NCBI RefSeq assembly: GCF_001194135.2
Contig: NC_069007.1
Location: forward strand, 18,614,915-18,667,123
DNA from: Octopus bimaculoides
Taxonomy: Eukaryota
Direction of reading: 5' to 3'
Length of the DNA stretch: 52,209 bases
Below, piece by piece: positions 50,200 through 52,209 of the stretch (positions within the stretch are counted from its first letter, which is position 1; each line of letters starts with the position of its first letter). Under the pieces are notes generated by a model. That model made no database searches. It worked only from the letters and a program-made list of their open reading frames with translations, and was not told the DNA's origin. The position numbers were made by a program, and so were the translations under genes.

Positions 50200-50345
50200 G
50201 TGGTCTTAGTACAGCTCGCTTAATCCTGCAACTGACCAGCAAGTCCATAGCTGGCAGTTGTCCTGCGTTTGTGGATTTCCATGGTGACATCCAAGAAACT
50301 TACAACTTTCAAAGAGGTGGTCATATTCGGATACAAGCTGAGATG
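50200..50345 (-). mobile_element. Possible Penelope-type reverse transcriptase fragment
   Basis: LSLYPNMTTSLKVVSFLDVTMEI resembles the HPNI.FT...FLDV.I RT motif; short and decayed. Confidence 0.4.
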
Positions 50346-50386
50346 TAGGTGTAAGGTCCTGCATGTGAATATGTTGTGTGAGGAAA

Positions 50387-50419
<33 letters not shown>

Positions 50420-50920
50420 TGTGTAAAATGATGCTTAATGGTGCATGTGTGTGTGTGTGTATGATAGAGGGATAGTGTGTTTGTGTGTGTGTGTGTGATA
50501 GAAGGATAGTATGTGTGTGTTTGTGTAGACGTTTGTGCGTGGGTGGAGATGGTGGAGCGGTTTTGTGATGAGCTTATGAAGCATAGATATTGTTGTATAA
50601 GCTGTATCCATTTTTGTCCTCTAACATACCACTTCAACAAATAGGTATCAATATAATATAAGCAATCAGTTAAAGATCCTTAAAGGTGATGCTGCAGCAT
50701 GACTGCTATCCAAGGACTGAAATTAGCGTGTATATACATAAGAGAGAGAGAGGGGGAGGGACAGACAGAAGGGGAGAGAGGGAGAGAAAGAGAGAGAGAG
50801 AGAGAGAAAGAGAGAGAAAGGGAGGGAGAGAAAGGGAGAGAGAGAAAGGGGGGGAGAGAGAGAGAGTGTGAGAGACAAACAGACAAAAATGGTTAAAAGT
50901 ACGTAAAGAGAAGGACTCAC

Positions 50921-50978
50921 CATCGGGTTTCTGGCAATTCTTGGGGTTTGATGACGGCGCCGGGTCTGACAAAGACAT
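50921..50978 (-). CDS. ARHGAP1: RhoGAP gene, probable first coding exon (MSLSDPAPSSNPKNCQKPD/G)
   Basis: ATG at 50978 in context gcaacaATG; donor GATG|GTGAGT; phase 1 matches next exon; acceptor tctatag| puts exon start at 51015. No homology support for this peptide itself. Confidence 0.6.
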
Positions 50979-52209
50979 TGTTGCTGGTTCTGTATTTCTC
51001 ACTCTCACACTGGTTCTATAGACAGCACAGTAATTGGCAGTATAGGTCGTAGTAGTATTGGTGGTAGTGGAAGAGAAAGAAATAACAGAATATTATTATT
51101 ATTATTATTCAGTAGTTTTATTTTTATAACGTGCTTTCACTTCACTACCGAGCGCAGCTCTGTGCGCCTTGGGTGTGTGCTGTGGTTTGCTGTGATGCTC
51201 TTATGNNNNNNNNNNNNNNNNNNNNNNNNNNNNNNNNNNNNNNNNNNNNNNNNNNNNNNNNNNNNNNNNNNNNNNNNNNNNNNNNNNNNNNNNNNNNNNN
51301 NNNNNNNNNNNNNNNNNNNNNNNNNNNNNNNNNNNNNNNNNNNNNNNNNNNNNNNNNNNNNNNNNNNNNNNNNNNNNNNNNNNNNNNNNNNNNNNNNNNN
51401 NNNNNNNNNNNNNNNNNNNNNNNNNNNNNNNNNNNNNNNNNNNNNNNNNNNNNNNNNNNNNNNNNNNNNNNNNNNNNNNNNNNNNNNNNNNNNNNNNNNN
51501 NNNNNNNNNNNNNNNNNNNNNNNNNNNNNNNNNNNNNNNNNNNNNNNNNNNNNNNNNNNNNNNNNNTTATGATGATGATGATGATGATGATGATGGTGGC
51601 ATGCTGGCAGAATCGTTAGCACGCCAGGCAAAATGCTTGGCAGTATTTCTTCTGCTGCTATGCCCTGAGTTCAAATTCCACCGGGGTCAACTTTGCCTTT
51701 CATCCTTTTGTGGTCGGTTATATAAGTACCAGTTACGTACTGGGGTCGATGTAATCGACTTAAATCCCTTTCCCCAAATTTGAGGCCTCGTGCTTCCAGC
51801 AGAAAGGATAATAATAATAATAATAATTATTAGTAGTAGTAGTAGTAGTAGTAGAAAAATAATTCTTGTGTAATACTTTTAGGAGTGAAGGTAGTGGTAG
51901 GGGTAGGAGTGGGTGGTGGTAGGAGTTGTGAGATTAAGGTAGGGGGGAGGGAGAGAGAGGAGGGCCTGTATGTTGTTATGTCGGTGACAACAGGGTCCCT
52001 GAAAGTGATAGCAGTCTACCAGGAAGGAACTCCCAGCTTGGGAGGAGGAAGTGGCGGGAGGGGCAGGTGGAAGGTAATTGGGTCAGATATTTCAAGGTGT
52101 GGTATTGTCTTTATAGACAAAGAGAGAGAGAGTAAGAGGGGTGCAAGGAGAGAGAGAGAGAGAGAAAGAAAGTGTTATACAAGCATGTGTGTGTGTATGT
52201 ATGTGTCAT

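Overview
Eukaryotic, AT-rich, microsatellite- and SINE-saturated DNA with many N gaps. The repeat landscape suggests an Octopus-like cephalopod draft assembly (inference). The whole window lies inside one minus-strand gene, an ARHGAP1/ARHGAP8-family (p50RhoGAP/Cdc42GAP-like) protein with an acidic N-terminus, a BCH/CRAL-TRIO domain and a RhoGAP domain. I traced 11 GT-AG, phase-compatible coding exons by hand (50978 to 358). One further exon is probably hidden in the gap at 2170-2941, and the 3' end lies left of the window. The domain exons are compact (358-9348), while two ~21 kb introns in the N-terminal region carry tRNA-derived SINEs, mariner, RTE, CR1-group, R4/Dong-like and Penelope-like remnants, and several MITEs. 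The best leads are a tandem pair of minimal hammerhead-ribozyme motifs in a Penelope-like repeat, a candidate 24-nt frame-preserving microexon, several long fold-back elements (possible ADAR substrates), and a cluster of R4/Dong-like ends in TAA microsatellite. Most ORF-track entries are microsatellite or gap artefacts. No prokaryotic system or CRISPR array is present.
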